Origin: Catajapyx aquilonaris
Lineage: Eukaryota
Direction of reading: 5' to 3'
NCBI GenBank assembly: GCA_000934665.2
Contig: JYFJ02002754.1
Coordinates: 1-51,554 of the forward strand
DNA: 51,554 nt
Shown: positions 23,798 to 36,165 of the stretch, piece by piece
How the letters are laid out: each line of letters starts with the position of its first letter
Position numbering within the stretch: the first letter of the stretch is position 1
Position numbers and translations under genes: made by a program
The notes under the pieces: model-generated
Database searches by the model: none
Told to the model about the DNA's origin: nothing
The model's input: the letters and a program-made list of their open reading frames with translations, nothing else

Positions 23798-26398
23798 ATG
23801 ACGACCTACAAGGAAGTGGTGGATCGGCTGATTGAGGTCATCAAGGAGTTTCCGCAGATTTACGATCCAAGACATCCAGCTCATAGGGACGCAGCGTATG
23901 TGGAAAAGTCATGGAAGAGTGTGGCCGCTGCTCTTGGAATGTCAGGTTATAGCGGTTGCAATCAGTCCATGGTTTTGCAGTTCAGAGACAGGGACTGAAA
24001 TTAAGTTTGTTCGATTTTAATTCATACTTTAACACACACAGTGGCAGAGGCCAAGAGGACCTGGCAGAGCTTGCGAGATGGTTTCACGAGGTACAGGAGA
24101 AGAAGATATGAAGTTTCCAGGATGAGTGGTACAAACGTCAAAATGCCGAAGGCACCAGTCTATGCTGAAGCCATGGAGTACTTTTCCAAGTACATGGGAG
24201 TACGAAGAAGGTGACGCTGAGACCCCCACGCTTTAAACAAATTACCAGGAAATTATATTGAGAACTGCGACATTATTATGTCGATCACAGCTTGGGAATA
24301 CGAATACAAATGCATGCTATTAATGGTACTCATGTAACTTCTACTCAAAAATTTTACTACACTATGACATGGTCGCAAAACTAGTTAACGTGAGACATTC
24401 AGTTGCTGGACATTTTGTTTCCTATGATCCATGCCGTTGTGTTTTATACTGTTTGCTCATTTGGCTTTCTCTTTTATTCCATTTCTAAAATTATGCCCTT
24501 CATATTCAGGGCGGGATCAAACCTGTATGACAAGCAGCCACCAGACTATCCTGTCTCTGAGGGACACAGCCAACATATTCTCATTGTATCGTCAGAGAAT
24601 CCAGAAACCATACATGGGGATCATTCGCTCTCTGCATCATCTACGTCATCTGCTACCATGGCACATGAGATGTCAGACAAGTCCAACACTGAACAGCAGG
24701 AGATGGAAGTGATGACCATTCCGCAAGTATGTGAATTCAGAAACCCCTTGTACAAATGCAACTTGGCCTTTAGGCTAATAATGAAAAAGGCTGTGTCCGT
24801 TGTGTTAGTGTCATCTGTATGGCTTTGGGGTGACCGCACCAATACTGTCTGTCTTCTGGCCCTGCGAGCCAGGCACGGTACGTCACCCGTGCGTGATAAT
24901 TTTAGTTAATGCGGCGCGATGGCGGAGCTAGGCGCTTATTGTGAGTTTTGAATCCTCAACATTTACCGTCCGTCTTGTGTCCCCGCAGCCCAACGGACAT
25001 TATTGCGGCTTTGCCAACCTTCAACCTGATGCTGATATAAGTCCTTGTGCCCTCCTGTTCAATAAATTTTTCATTACGAACAATTTGATGCACACCAACC
25101 AATCCCGTTTGGCAACATTGTCGGTGTTCCAAGCAACCTGCAGCCAGTTGACCCGCAGCCAAATGGCACAGCAGCCAATTGCCCTGGGGCCAGTTGCCAG
25201 GCAGCCAGTTGACACGACAGCCAGTTGACCTACAGTCAGTTCTCAGTTGTCCGACAGCCAGTTGACCTGCAGTCAGTTGTCGTAGATTCTAATTACATAT
25301 TTTTACAGGATTTTGGGAATTGTACAGGAAATTAGTTGTGTAAATTTTTGGTAACTAGAGTAGGCTCTCTAAGTCAGAATTCACCTCATTGACTCTCTCT
25401 AGTCTAGTATGTGCAGGGTATCCAATAATTATTTTCAGCTTGCATGGTTATGAAGATTCTTTGGTTAAGTCACATTTACGCCAGCATGTGGTTGAAACGT
25501 TTGATGTTCATCAGGATGGATTCGTGTGATTCCATAGTGTCAATAGGTGAGCCACCACGTAATTTGTGAATTGCTACCACTCACAAGGTGCGTTATAAGT
25601 GTTTCCCATTTCCCATTCCACTCACTTGCTGCCAAATTTGTGAAACAGCATTAACACTCTCCTGTCTCTCCTAAGAGTAATAACATTAATTTTTGCAGAA
25701 TCTCACTCATGATAATGGAGAGCTACTAGAAAACAATGGTAATGGAGGAGTCAGCAGTAGTAGTGGGTTGCCTCTCTGGTTAGGAGAGATGCCACCCCTC
25801 ATGCAAAAAAACGTAAGAAAGACCTAAATATGGTTCTATTTTGGGGCCTTCACAAATTCAAAATGCACCAACAATTTTGGGCTCCCTAAGTCCCACACTT
25901 ATTCATATTCAAGGATAATATTGTCACATCAATGGTCATATTCAAAATTTAAATGAGTTGCAGCATGTGATAGATGAACACACTACACATATCCATGGAA
26001 AGTGTTATTGCTTCTGCTGTTAATATTGCCAGATAACCTTCTATATAATTAACTACTGAATTTTTTGCCAATTCAATCCACACTCCTTACACAAATCAGT
26101 GATTTTGCCATTAAATTGTGAGTAAATGTTTAAGAGAACCCGCCATATTGTACTTGTCCTCAAAAATTCATTTACTGATATGTTTCAGAAGAAGGTCAAG
26201 AAGAAGCCAGCCCACCATGGAATGAAAAAGGCAATTCTAGATCACCTGCTGGAGGGAGGTGCATGTGACATGCAGGAATCATTCGGCCTCTACGTTGCTT
26301 CAGCATTGCGCAGCCTATCTTTACAACTGGAAATAGAGGCCCGCACGAAAATTAACATCATTCTTCAGGAACTGCAAGCCAAGGCTCTCAGTGGGTGA
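23798..26398 (+). CDS. MADF-BESS family DNA-binding protein, ~285 aa
   Basis: Exons 23798-23945, 24042-24210, 24510-24726, 25699-25812 and 26189-26398 join in frame. MADF: LIEVIKEFPQIYD...W..VA...AKRTWQSLRDGF. BESS-like end: SFGLYVASALRSL...EARTKINIILQE. AATAAA at ~26413. Confidence 0.85.
25141..25280. repeat. Short degenerate repeat array (CAGCCAGTTGAC-like units)
   Basis: Six or more imperfect copies of CAG(C/T)CAGTTG in a MADF-gene intron, probably a transposon subterminal remnant. Confidence 0.6.
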
Positions 26399-26633
26399 CG
26401 ACGTGGACAGAAAATAAACAGCAGACAATCATTATTTGCTGCCTTATTTTCATTCCCCACAAGTGTACCGCCTTTTTTCATGTGTGTTTCAGTTGCATTT
26501 TTTAGTCATCTCCGACATTGCAATTATCATATTATCGAAGTTTGAATTTATGCAGGTATCGTACATATGAGATCTGTAGACCATAGCCGGAATATATTTG
26601 AAATTATTTTCATGAGACTTTGCAACAAACTCA

Positions 26634-26634
<1 letters not shown>

Positions 26635-26704
<70 letters not shown>
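26635..26704. repeat. (ATT)n microsatellite
   Basis: Pure trinucleotide tract directly upstream of the BARD1-like promoter. Confidence 0.95.
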
Positions 26705-26707
<3 letters not shown>

Positions 26708-26814
26708 TTTGGCGCCATTTTCCGCCTCTCCAAGCGCCCCAAGCGGAATGGAAGAGAAATGCGTGACTCTTTAACAAGCCAATAGAGGCAGCACTGGCAG
26801 TGTGACAGAGAGAA

Positions 26815-29174
26815 ATGGCGGCAACCCGGGAAGAAGTGTCAATGACGATCGGCAACGACGAAGGACAAAGGCCGCTGCTCCCTGCCCGTCACAGTCTGAC
26901 CAAGAGGACCAGGAGGGTTGGTCGGCCTCTCTTGACAGGTGGATCCAGCATCACGGCGTCCAGGGCCAGCAGAAGGAGGACGAACGACGCAATGAGACGA
27001 AACGATGGCTCGTCGCCGGTGATGAGCAGCCTGGGAAGAACGAGTTATGACCACAGCAGCGCTGATTCTGCTGCGACCCAGCCCACCGACATGACCCGGA
27101 AGAATCACGGCGGTTGTGCAGCCAACATTCAAGACATGCCTGCCTGCTGTAACCTATGGTAATAAACTAATAATAATTTAGTGGTGGCCTTTCTTCTAAA
27201 AGGTTTACTGGATTGTGGTCTCATGTCTAACTGAGAATTCTCCAAACAGTTTATCTGTTTAGGTACCCATGCTAGTGCTGCATTGATGCTTAACATTATC
27301 AAGATTGCCAAAATAATTCTTATTTCATCGGTCCCTTTTCTTTCAGTGAGGTGGGACCTAGCTTGTATCAACTGAGCAACTGTCGGCACACACTCTGCCA
27401 GTACTGTCTGCCTCATGCTGACAGAATAATAGGAATGCATCATGAATGTCCTGTATGCTCCAAATGGGATGATTCAGGCATTGTTCATGATGATTCCACT
27501 TCCAACAATTTGGAGGAGTTAGATCAAGTTACTGGTGTACGCCAGGGAGAAGATAAGTTCACTTTAATGAGCAGTAGTTCCATCAGGCAGCAGTACTCCA
27601 GGATTCGCAGGATTTTGCAAAGTTCAACCGTATATTATACTGCAGACTTAGTCCAGTGTACACTGCAGTGTGGAGCTGATCCAGATGTCACTGATGCAGA
27701 TGGTATGACATTTCTGCATTTGGCAGCATCATATGGGGACATTACTTTAGTCCAGCTTCTGTTACGGAATGGTGCTAATCCTGAGATCATGAACAAGTTT
27801 GGATCACTCCCAGAAGATTTAACAAGTGACATTCAAATTAAAGACATCCTAATACGATCAAAGTTCACCAATAGTCAGAGGGGAATCATCTCCACAGCAA
27901 CGCCAAAAGAAAAAGGAAATGAAGATATTCAGAAAGTAATTTGGTATCCACATCCAGCCTTGAAAGGAACTGAGACTGCAAAAAAAATGTCAGAAATCTG
28001 CAATGATGTCAAATTTGTGAATAAATTCACGTAAGTAAATGGCACATCAAATTTGTGGCTGTGCTCTATAGTCTATACTATCACGATGCTATTGCTTTGT
28101 AGAAAAGATGTGAATGTTGTGGTGGTCCAGACTGATGACGACCTACTCTGTGACCTCTCAGATGCATTTCTGACAGCGATGCTGTCTAAAAAGTTGCTAG
28201 TTTCGTCGTCATGTAAGTTGTCATATACTTACTTTGCATAAGTTGGTTTTTTTCTGAAGGTAGGGTAAAAACTGTGGGCTGTACTCCCCTGAAAATAGTG
28301 CCATAATGGTAAAAGTGGGGATGACCATATTTTAGAAAATTCATTGTAGGGCAGAATTTTGTGTACATTTTATTCTGTGAAAAATATGTCAATTGAAAAC
28401 TAATTAGCAGAAGAACAATGGAGACAGAGAGCCCTGCATCCATTCCCCATTGGTCAGCAGCCACTCCTTCATGCTCTTGCAAATGACTTCATTAATTTTG
28501 CAATAAACAGCCACCTTTCTTGCCCAAATCTCCCTACTCTCAGGGCAACATTTATTAAACTATTAATAAATAGGAGTTCACATTAATTTTATGATTCACT
28601 TTTCACGTGCAATTATTACGTAAAGGGAAGGGAATACTCCCGATTGTTTCTATGTGTACCCCATTTTTGTTAAATTCTCTCTCTACCTTCAGGGTTGGAT
28701 ATGTGCATTGAAGCAGAGACCAGAATTGGCGAGGAGCAATTTGAAGTGAGAGGAATCAAGGGTACCTCATCCTGCACAGCCCAGCAGTTTACACTACTTA
28801 GCAGGCGCCAAAAGCCGCCATTATTGTTTGGATATAGCATTTACTTCCAGACCAGATGCAGGCATCCTGCTATGACTATTTCCCACCTAGTGACAATGGC
28901 AAAGGCCTCAGAGGCACGAGTGATGAGTGAGGCACCCGGTTATTCCTTTGTTCCTCCGGCTTTTCCCCCTTTGTATGATCCTCATCGTCTTGATCCTCAT
29001 AAGCCATATCATGCACCAGCTGAGGGAGTGATGGCTGAATGCACCCATCTGGTGTTGTATGATCATGAAGAATTGCGGGAGAGTCTTGTGGAGTATGAAT
29101 CACCTGTAGTGAAACGCCTACCTTTCACTTGGCTGTGTGAATGTGTAGCTCACCTCAGCATAAGGAACCCATGA
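26815..29174 (+). CDS. BARD1: BARD1-like protein (C3HC4 RING, ankyrin, tandem BRCT), ~539 aa
   Basis: Exons 26815-27158, 27347-28030, 28103-28212 and 28693-29174. Splicing completes the RING CNLC...CRHTLCQYC...CPVC. Ankyrin GMTFLHLAASYGDITLVQLLLRNGA. BRCT signatures LVSSSWLDMC and FTWLCECV. The start codon is uncertain. Confidence 0.75.
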
Positions 29175-29213
29175 AAGGTATGTAAAGAATTTATTTGAAC
29201 ACCATGATCATGA

Positions 29214-32050
29214 CTAGATATTCGCATTTGTCAGTGAGGATTTTGTGTCAAGAAGGAGGGATCCTTTTGGAGGTTCAAGTACGCTGCCTTCGTCAAACAC
29301 TAGCTGACCTCTGACATAAGTTTGATGAACTTTCCCATAAAACTGCATTCCAAGATAGGGAGTCAGCTTGTTCTTGTGCAGGATCATACTTTCTTCCACC
29401 TGTAATATTGAAACAGTTCTTTAGTTATGAGTCAGGTCTGTTCTTGAGTGTATTTGAGAAACCATACACTAAGCTTTGTTTGTTCACAGTTGTTGCATAC
29501 AGTAAATTTGATTCGTCTGTTGATTTGTATGTTGAGCAGTGAATAGTTACTCATACTTGTAATGAATGGTAATTTTTCATAGTAATTTTACTATGTAACT
29601 GGATTAAATGTGTTATAGAATATAGTGCATGTGAATGTTTGAAGAAAATTTTAACCTCCACAACCTTTCTGCAAGTAACTCACCACAAAAGTCTCATCTG
29701 GGTCCCAAATCACAAGGTCAGCATCTTTTCCTATTTCAATGGTCCCCTTCCGGTGGTCTAATCTTGTTAGTTTGGCAGGCTGGGCAGAGAGCAAGTGGCT
29801 TACTTTTGGTATAGACATGCCCCTAGCTCTAGCTCCGCTCCACAGTAGCGAAAGGTCAAATTGCACAGAAGCTATTCCACCCCAAGCCTTGAGGAAGTTT
29901 CCTCCAGCCTTGAGATCTGGAGTGCATGGAGAGTGATCTGATACCACTTGGTCCAGCAGTCCCTCTTCTAATGCTGCCCAGAGATTCTCCTGGTTGACCT
30001 TCTCACGTATGGGTGGGGCACACTTGTATTGGGTGGCACCTTTTGGAACACTCTCTGCATCCAATGTTAGATAGTGATGACACGTCTCTGCAGTCAGGTT
30101 GGCTCCTTTGCTTTTGGCTTTTCGGACAATTGGGAGAGCCTCATCTGAGCTTAGATGGACTATGTGGCAATGTGTTCTGTGAGAGGCAGTTGGAAAAATT
30201 GATAAATACAATAGTATTATAGGCTTTGTTATGTGGACAGAATATGATACATTTACACATATGCAGGATTTGATTTCTGTCCTTATGTTATTAGGAGACA
30301 GTTACCTTTTAGCATTGCATTTTAAATGCAACAGTTATCACATGTTATGAACAAAAAGATACACTACTTTAAAGTTAGTTGGCATTGCAATATACAGTTG
30401 ACTCCTGATATAACAGCCTCGGCTATAACAGATTCTCGATTAGAGCAGACTGGAAAGGGCGAAAGGCTAGTCCCACCACACTTCCATGTATGGCCTATGT
30501 ATATGGCTATAACAGACCTCGGTTATAGCAGACGGATGAAGTCTGTCATAACTGGAATCTACTGTACATTGCTGTCAGAGAATATAATACATGCACAAAA
30601 CATAAGCTTTAATTAGTATGTATTCATATTTTTTGGGGCTTCTTGACTTATTAGTTACATAGCAGTACAGTAACCATAATTTATTTTTTTCAGACTGCAT
30701 TGTTGCTATTTGCTCTGATATCCTAGTACCATTAAGAGCTCTTGGTATCAACGGTTCAAAAAGAATTGTCCCTCGCGTCGAGCAGGCAGCCACGCGTCAG
30801 GATGAAAGCAACCAGTTAACTGGTTCCTTTCATCCTGACGCGTGGCTGCCCGCTCGATTCTTTTTGGACTGATGATACCATGCACTTTTACATTTAGTGT
30901 GAACAGTATTATCATAATATACCATCATAATATGAACAAAATGAGGCATGATCTGTGGGCGAATTCAATAATATAATTATGTAGTTGTTGCATTATGGAT
31001 ACTTACTTATGCTTCATGCATATATCTGCAACCATTTGAATGGCTTCATTTTCCATTTGCTTTGGGCGGGACATAAGGTATGTGTTGTACAAAGTTGGAT
31101 CTGCAGTGAAACAAGAAGGTTAGTGTAAGTGTGTCAAAAGGTGATTAACATACTCACCAAGATGATCCAGTGGAGGTATTGCAACAGATACTTCTGCATG
31201 GAACTGTGTAAAAGGAGCGATTTAGCATTGTCATAAATGAGCAGAGTAATAAAAGCTCAGGTGGAAACTTACAGCCATTAAGCTTCCAGTTCCATCAAGT
31301 TGAGAAAGATGTGATCCAACTTCACTTGGTTTAAGGGCAGGGAACTCAGGGACTCCTGAATCACTCAGAAATCCCTTAAATCCAACCACACCTCTATCAA
31401 CAAGTGGTCTCAGATCAGCCTGCAAAGATAATATGTGTTTTGGCACAGAACAATAACAGCAGATCTAGGACGGTAAAAAGTGTGTATCTGTTACCATTCA
31501 ATTGTGTTAGTATTTTCTGCCTGTATTTCACTACTTGCCCTTCCTGATGCAGCATGATCAACTTACTTCATTTCCTGGAATGGCACCTCCCCAGAATGCC
31601 ATATCCACATGACACTTTCCCTCAGCAGCAGCAAGCTTGGTCTCAAGATTGGCCACTGTTGTGGTTGGAGGGATGGAATTCCTGTGCAATTAGATGTCAC
31701 CTTTAGCAAAACCAGCAATTTGGCAACCAGTTTCAAATTACATACAGAGGCATATCCACGATGGTAGTGATCCCTCCAGCTGCCGCAGCCTTGGTGGCTG
31801 TGTCATATCCCTCCCAATCTGTCCGTCCGGGTTCATTGATGTGTACGTGGCTGTCCACCACTCCTGGCATGATTACTAGGGACCCACATTGGACCAGGCG
31901 AACTCCCTGCTTGTCCAACGTTGTCTGGTCAGGAGGAGGGGTTGTGAATATTTGTGTGAAGCGACCTCCTTCCACCATCACACATGCTCCTATCAAGGCG
32001 CCATCCACCAGTACACGATCCCCACAGAATAATGTGGGAGGTGCAGTCAT
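29214..32050 (-). CDS. Allantoinase (amidohydrolase superfamily), ~461 aa
   Basis: Exons 32050-31746, 31681-31567, 31419-31273, 31203-31158, 31100-31007, 30176-29684 and 29399-29214 are phase-consistent. Motifs: [67 protein letters not shown]. Confidence 0.95.
30395..30564. mobile_element. Tc1/mariner (pogo-like) MITE in an allantoinase intron
   Basis: TA on both flanks, imperfect ~22-bp TIRs CAGTTGACTCCTGATATAACAG / CAGTAGATTCCAGTTATGACAG, and internal TATAACAG repeats. Confidence 0.75.
30743..30880. repeat. Foldback palindrome (possible hairpin MITE)
   Basis: 80-bp core palindrome 30778-30857 with 2 mismatched pairs, centred on AACCAGTTAACTGGTT. Outer imperfect arms TGGTATCA...AAAAAGAAT and ATTCTTTTT...TGATACCA. 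Confidence 0.85.
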
Positions 32051-35000
32051 CGTTGAATTGCTGTAATAATGTCACGCTTAGAACATTATTACCAATTATT
32101 ATGGGTAGGAAATATTGGAAAATATTGGAAAATATGGATTATGTTTGATTTCATAATTAAGAGGAGCGCCGTTTGAGCAGCAACATCATATTCGTAAAAT
32201 TGCTATGTTTATAAAATTTTTGAACAAATTGAATCATGTACTACTATTGCAATAAATTTGTGACAAGGTATTGAATGCCTTGGCACAATTCTAAAGCTAT
32301 TTTAGCAATCGTAATAATATAGTACTATCAGCTATTAATAGTAGCTAAGTCCCACAATGCCACAATGAATACACCTAGTAGTTGAGTCTTGAATGGAGTG
32401 TTTTAAACAGAGAAATACTCACTGGTTCCCAGACATGACAGGTTGAGTTCATCCTTGCACTCATAATTTGGGTAATCGCGAACCATGTGGCGATAATATT
32501 GGTCATAAACCCCTACAGTATTTGGAAACCAGTGCATCTCCCGATATCAAAGGTTGAATTTTATCGACAAATTTTTTTCTGCATCTAACCCCATCCTAAT
32601 CACATTGCCCCTAATTTCGTTGCCATGGATTTTAAATTACGTAATCTTGGTCACATTATTCCTTTGCATTATTCAATCCGCTTTTAACTGACACTTGCCG
32701 AACTGTATTGACATGCGAAGCTTTGCCAATCCAAATCAATGGCTACTTTTTATTGAATTGATATTTTTAGCCACAAAATACGTCATTCTGTTATTATTAG
32801 GTTTTTATCGTGTGACACAGTGTATGCAGTAAGCCTATATTTATATGAATGTAACTTATCCATGTTCTTGTGCTGTTCTGCTGCAGTGGGGCGCAATCAG
32901 TGTTCATGTAATGCATAATGGGAGTCTCCGTAATAAGCGTATAGTATCAAATATCTTGTCGAAATCGTGTACACTTCAAAGAGTCAGAACCTGTGGCCCA
33001 AACGAGCATTGCATTGTGTGGGAACATTAAATCTGGAATAATTTTTAATGATATTCTCGCAAGTCTGACTTTACTTCGGCGCGGCGCCATATAGACACTC
33101 CAAAGAAACCGGTCCCGACACCTACTCCTCGATTGCCAGGAAAATCTAGACAGTGTTTGGCACGCAGACAGGGACGAAATTAAAACTCTCAATCTAGCGA
33201 ATCATGTCAGAATTTTAAACCTGCTCAATAATGGAACAATTTTGCCTAACCGCAATGCAGGCCAATAAGCGCTTTAATATTATTTCGATAAGTGCCGCGG
33301 AACAGAGGCTGATAAAAGCGGAAGAGCTGGACTGATATACATGACAGATGATATGTAATTTAGGTCTTACCGTGCACAACTGCTACACAGCTTGAGATTC
33401 GATAATTTCAAGCGATAGTTTCCAGCACGATAGAATTTGGCCACTGACCTCTCTCCTGCAGGTAGTCTTCAGTGAGCCTGCGCGCGACCTACTTACATAC
33501 ACTCTCCTATATACCCATCCCTGTGCTATTTACAGACTTGTCTGCGATTCCGATGTACGTAACGCTCGTGGCATCGCAACATGCCGTGCAGATGACTAGT
33601 TGCGTGGAATAATCTGTTTGGCAAACACCTTGTTGCTGCTACCGAAACAAGTGTCATCACAGATCGGATCAATGCAATGTAACCTACTTCATGACGTGAA
33701 GTATTGATATTCACGTGCGTATTGTATGTTATGAAAACCTTGGGCCATACCTGTGTGGAAGTAGCAGGTTCAAAATTTTCACCGGCAAAATGGGTCTTTC
33801 GAGGGTCCTAAACACGGGTGTGGACAGTATACCGTACACGTATGCGCAAGAAGTGACGTTGCGCATGCTCTCTGGAAGATCCTCCTACGTAGTACGAAGT
33901 TTTTGCATTCCGATGTTGATATCCAGTATTGGCAATATCACGTTTCTTTATAGAGCCGGCTTTTGTACTGACATCCGGCTTGAAATATCGGTGTACTTGG
34001 CGAGAATGTGCGTGTAAAACGCTGTGTAAAATGTGATTATGAATTGAATGGTGCATGAAAGCTGAAATAAACTTGTGGTCATTCAGGCATTGTGTTCTGA
34101 TCGCTTCATCGAGTGTAAGTCTGGGCGAAAATGTGTGCATAATTTGTCTTTAGCAGGAAGAAAGGTTACACATGCGATTGCATAAAAAGCAGGCAAATAT
34201 TTTTGTGCAATCAGCTCCCAAAGTTTATTATGGCAAGAGAGCACTTTTCGTGCCTTTACATATGCTTAGATGACTTCGTGTTTCTAATTCGTCCACGACC
34301 TAGAACAAGGTACTGCTCATTAAACTCGGCGGCATTCTGGTCATGCTGGCGGGGGCACAGTGATGTCCCGAACTAGCCCCCAAATGTGACTTTGCACCGG
34401 TGCGAAATGTGGCAGCATAATCACTTGAACAAAGCACCTTTCAAAGTCAGTTCAGCTGACTTGCGAAATGAATTCGGACTAAGGAGGCGTCAGCTAAAGC
34501 GCAGCGATTCTGACTTGAATATACTGGTTGTATCATGATCACATCCTTGGGTCAGTCCGGATTGTGATGAATGATGATACACACACCATGAAAGCGGGAA
34601 TCACATCCCGTTATTTGCATATCATCCCGCTTCGGTTGCCGGTGTAACCGGATTTGCCTGGTCACAGCCAAGTCGAATCGGCCTATGCCAGTTTAAACCT
34701 GGAATTACTTGCACGGTAATGCCCAGCGTTTACATTTTGAATAACTTAGCGTCAATGCAAAGTGAATGTTTCAAGTGAGTCTTAGAGATTCTGTGCTTGC
34801 CAGGACGGAGTACAGTACTTGATACACTAGTTGTAAAAGTCAGAATTTTGTACAGTGTCTAATCGACAATTATTATTTACCAAGGACTGAGTGGTACCCG
34901 CTCCACTTTTAAATGGGGATAACTGCTATAACTGGGAGCCACGTGAGCTTATTAAGGCCTGTTGTGATTAAAGGATCAGTCGACACCTGATTAATAAATT

Positions 35001-35868
35001 ATGGGGGTGATTAGCCCTTGGGCAATGACAGTGCTCATTTCCATAATTTATTTAGTAATTAATTTTGAAAGCGAATGCTTTAACCATTGATACACATTGC
35101 AATAGCTTGGGTATTCCATGTGAGTCATTTACTGTATAAGTCGACTAGGGTTGGGAAATGACTGGACACCACCTTACTTGTCTTCTAGCAAAACGCCCAT
35201 GTTATGATGTGGCCTGAACCATAATTATTTTCATGCCCTACTTGTGAATTGTTCGCACGTGACATTTTACCTATCTGCGAAGCTTGTTATAAGAACAGCG
35301 CAAAGTTACAGCGTTGAATTCTACGAAGATATGAATACATCACGTCGCTCTGAGCTGTTTAGCGCCCGTTCAGGGTCGGGCTTCACGCTTGCGCTTGAAG
35401 GGTTGCTTACTCTTCAGGATGAGCGAGTTCATCCCGTATACTCGCCCTCTGCTTATCCACTTGATTGCACAGCAAACAGATAAATGTTATAGCGAGTGTA
35501 GTGGGCATGACTGACAGTTGCACTGTTTGTTTTCGACTTATAGTAGCACATAATTAGCCTTAGACAAATAATTGCGAGTTAATAAGTCTTTTGAAAAAGA
35601 AAGTACCTCTATTATCATGTCTTTAATGGCCTACAATTACTCCTACTGCATAGTAGTAAAATATTTTTGGTTCAGCCTCCATCGCAACACCATTTAAAGC
35701 CAGCATAAGGTGAATGGACTGCCTCTAAAATACTTATCTCGTGTGACCTTCTGGACGATCGCGAAGCAAAAGGATTACAGCTTGTTATATAATTGAACGT
35801 TTGGTATGATAAGCTGCTTCTTACCACTAGGGAAAAATGTGCAGAAAGGATTTGCTGGCATGTGATTC

Positions 35869-36165
35869 ATTTCCTCATGTCCTATAGGACATGAGGAAAT
35901 CATCCTAGATATGCTGCATGGGAGAGCCGGTTAGAGAGAATGAGAAAACATCTCTCTAACCAGCTCTCTCATGCCTATATATACCTATATAATACCAACA
36001 ACAGTTGTTGGTATTATATAGGTATATAGGCATGGGAGAACTGGTTATAGAGAGAATGAGAAAACACAATACCAACAACTGTCATGCCCTACATGACAGT
36101 TGTTGGTATTGTGTTTTCTCATTCTCTCTAACCGGCTCTCCCATGCAGCCTATCTGGGATGATTT
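35869..36165. repeat. Nested multi-palindrome cluster
   Basis: Perfect 32-bp palindrome 35869-35900. Outer 54-bp inverted repeat 35897-35950 / 36112-36165 (2 mismatches). Inner hairpins 35951-36055 and 36048-36130, the latter a perfect 39-bp stem. Confidence 0.92.

Noticed and set aside
25141..25280. CRISPR-like array
   Set aside because: Eukaryotic intron, short degenerate units, irregular spacing and no cas genes.
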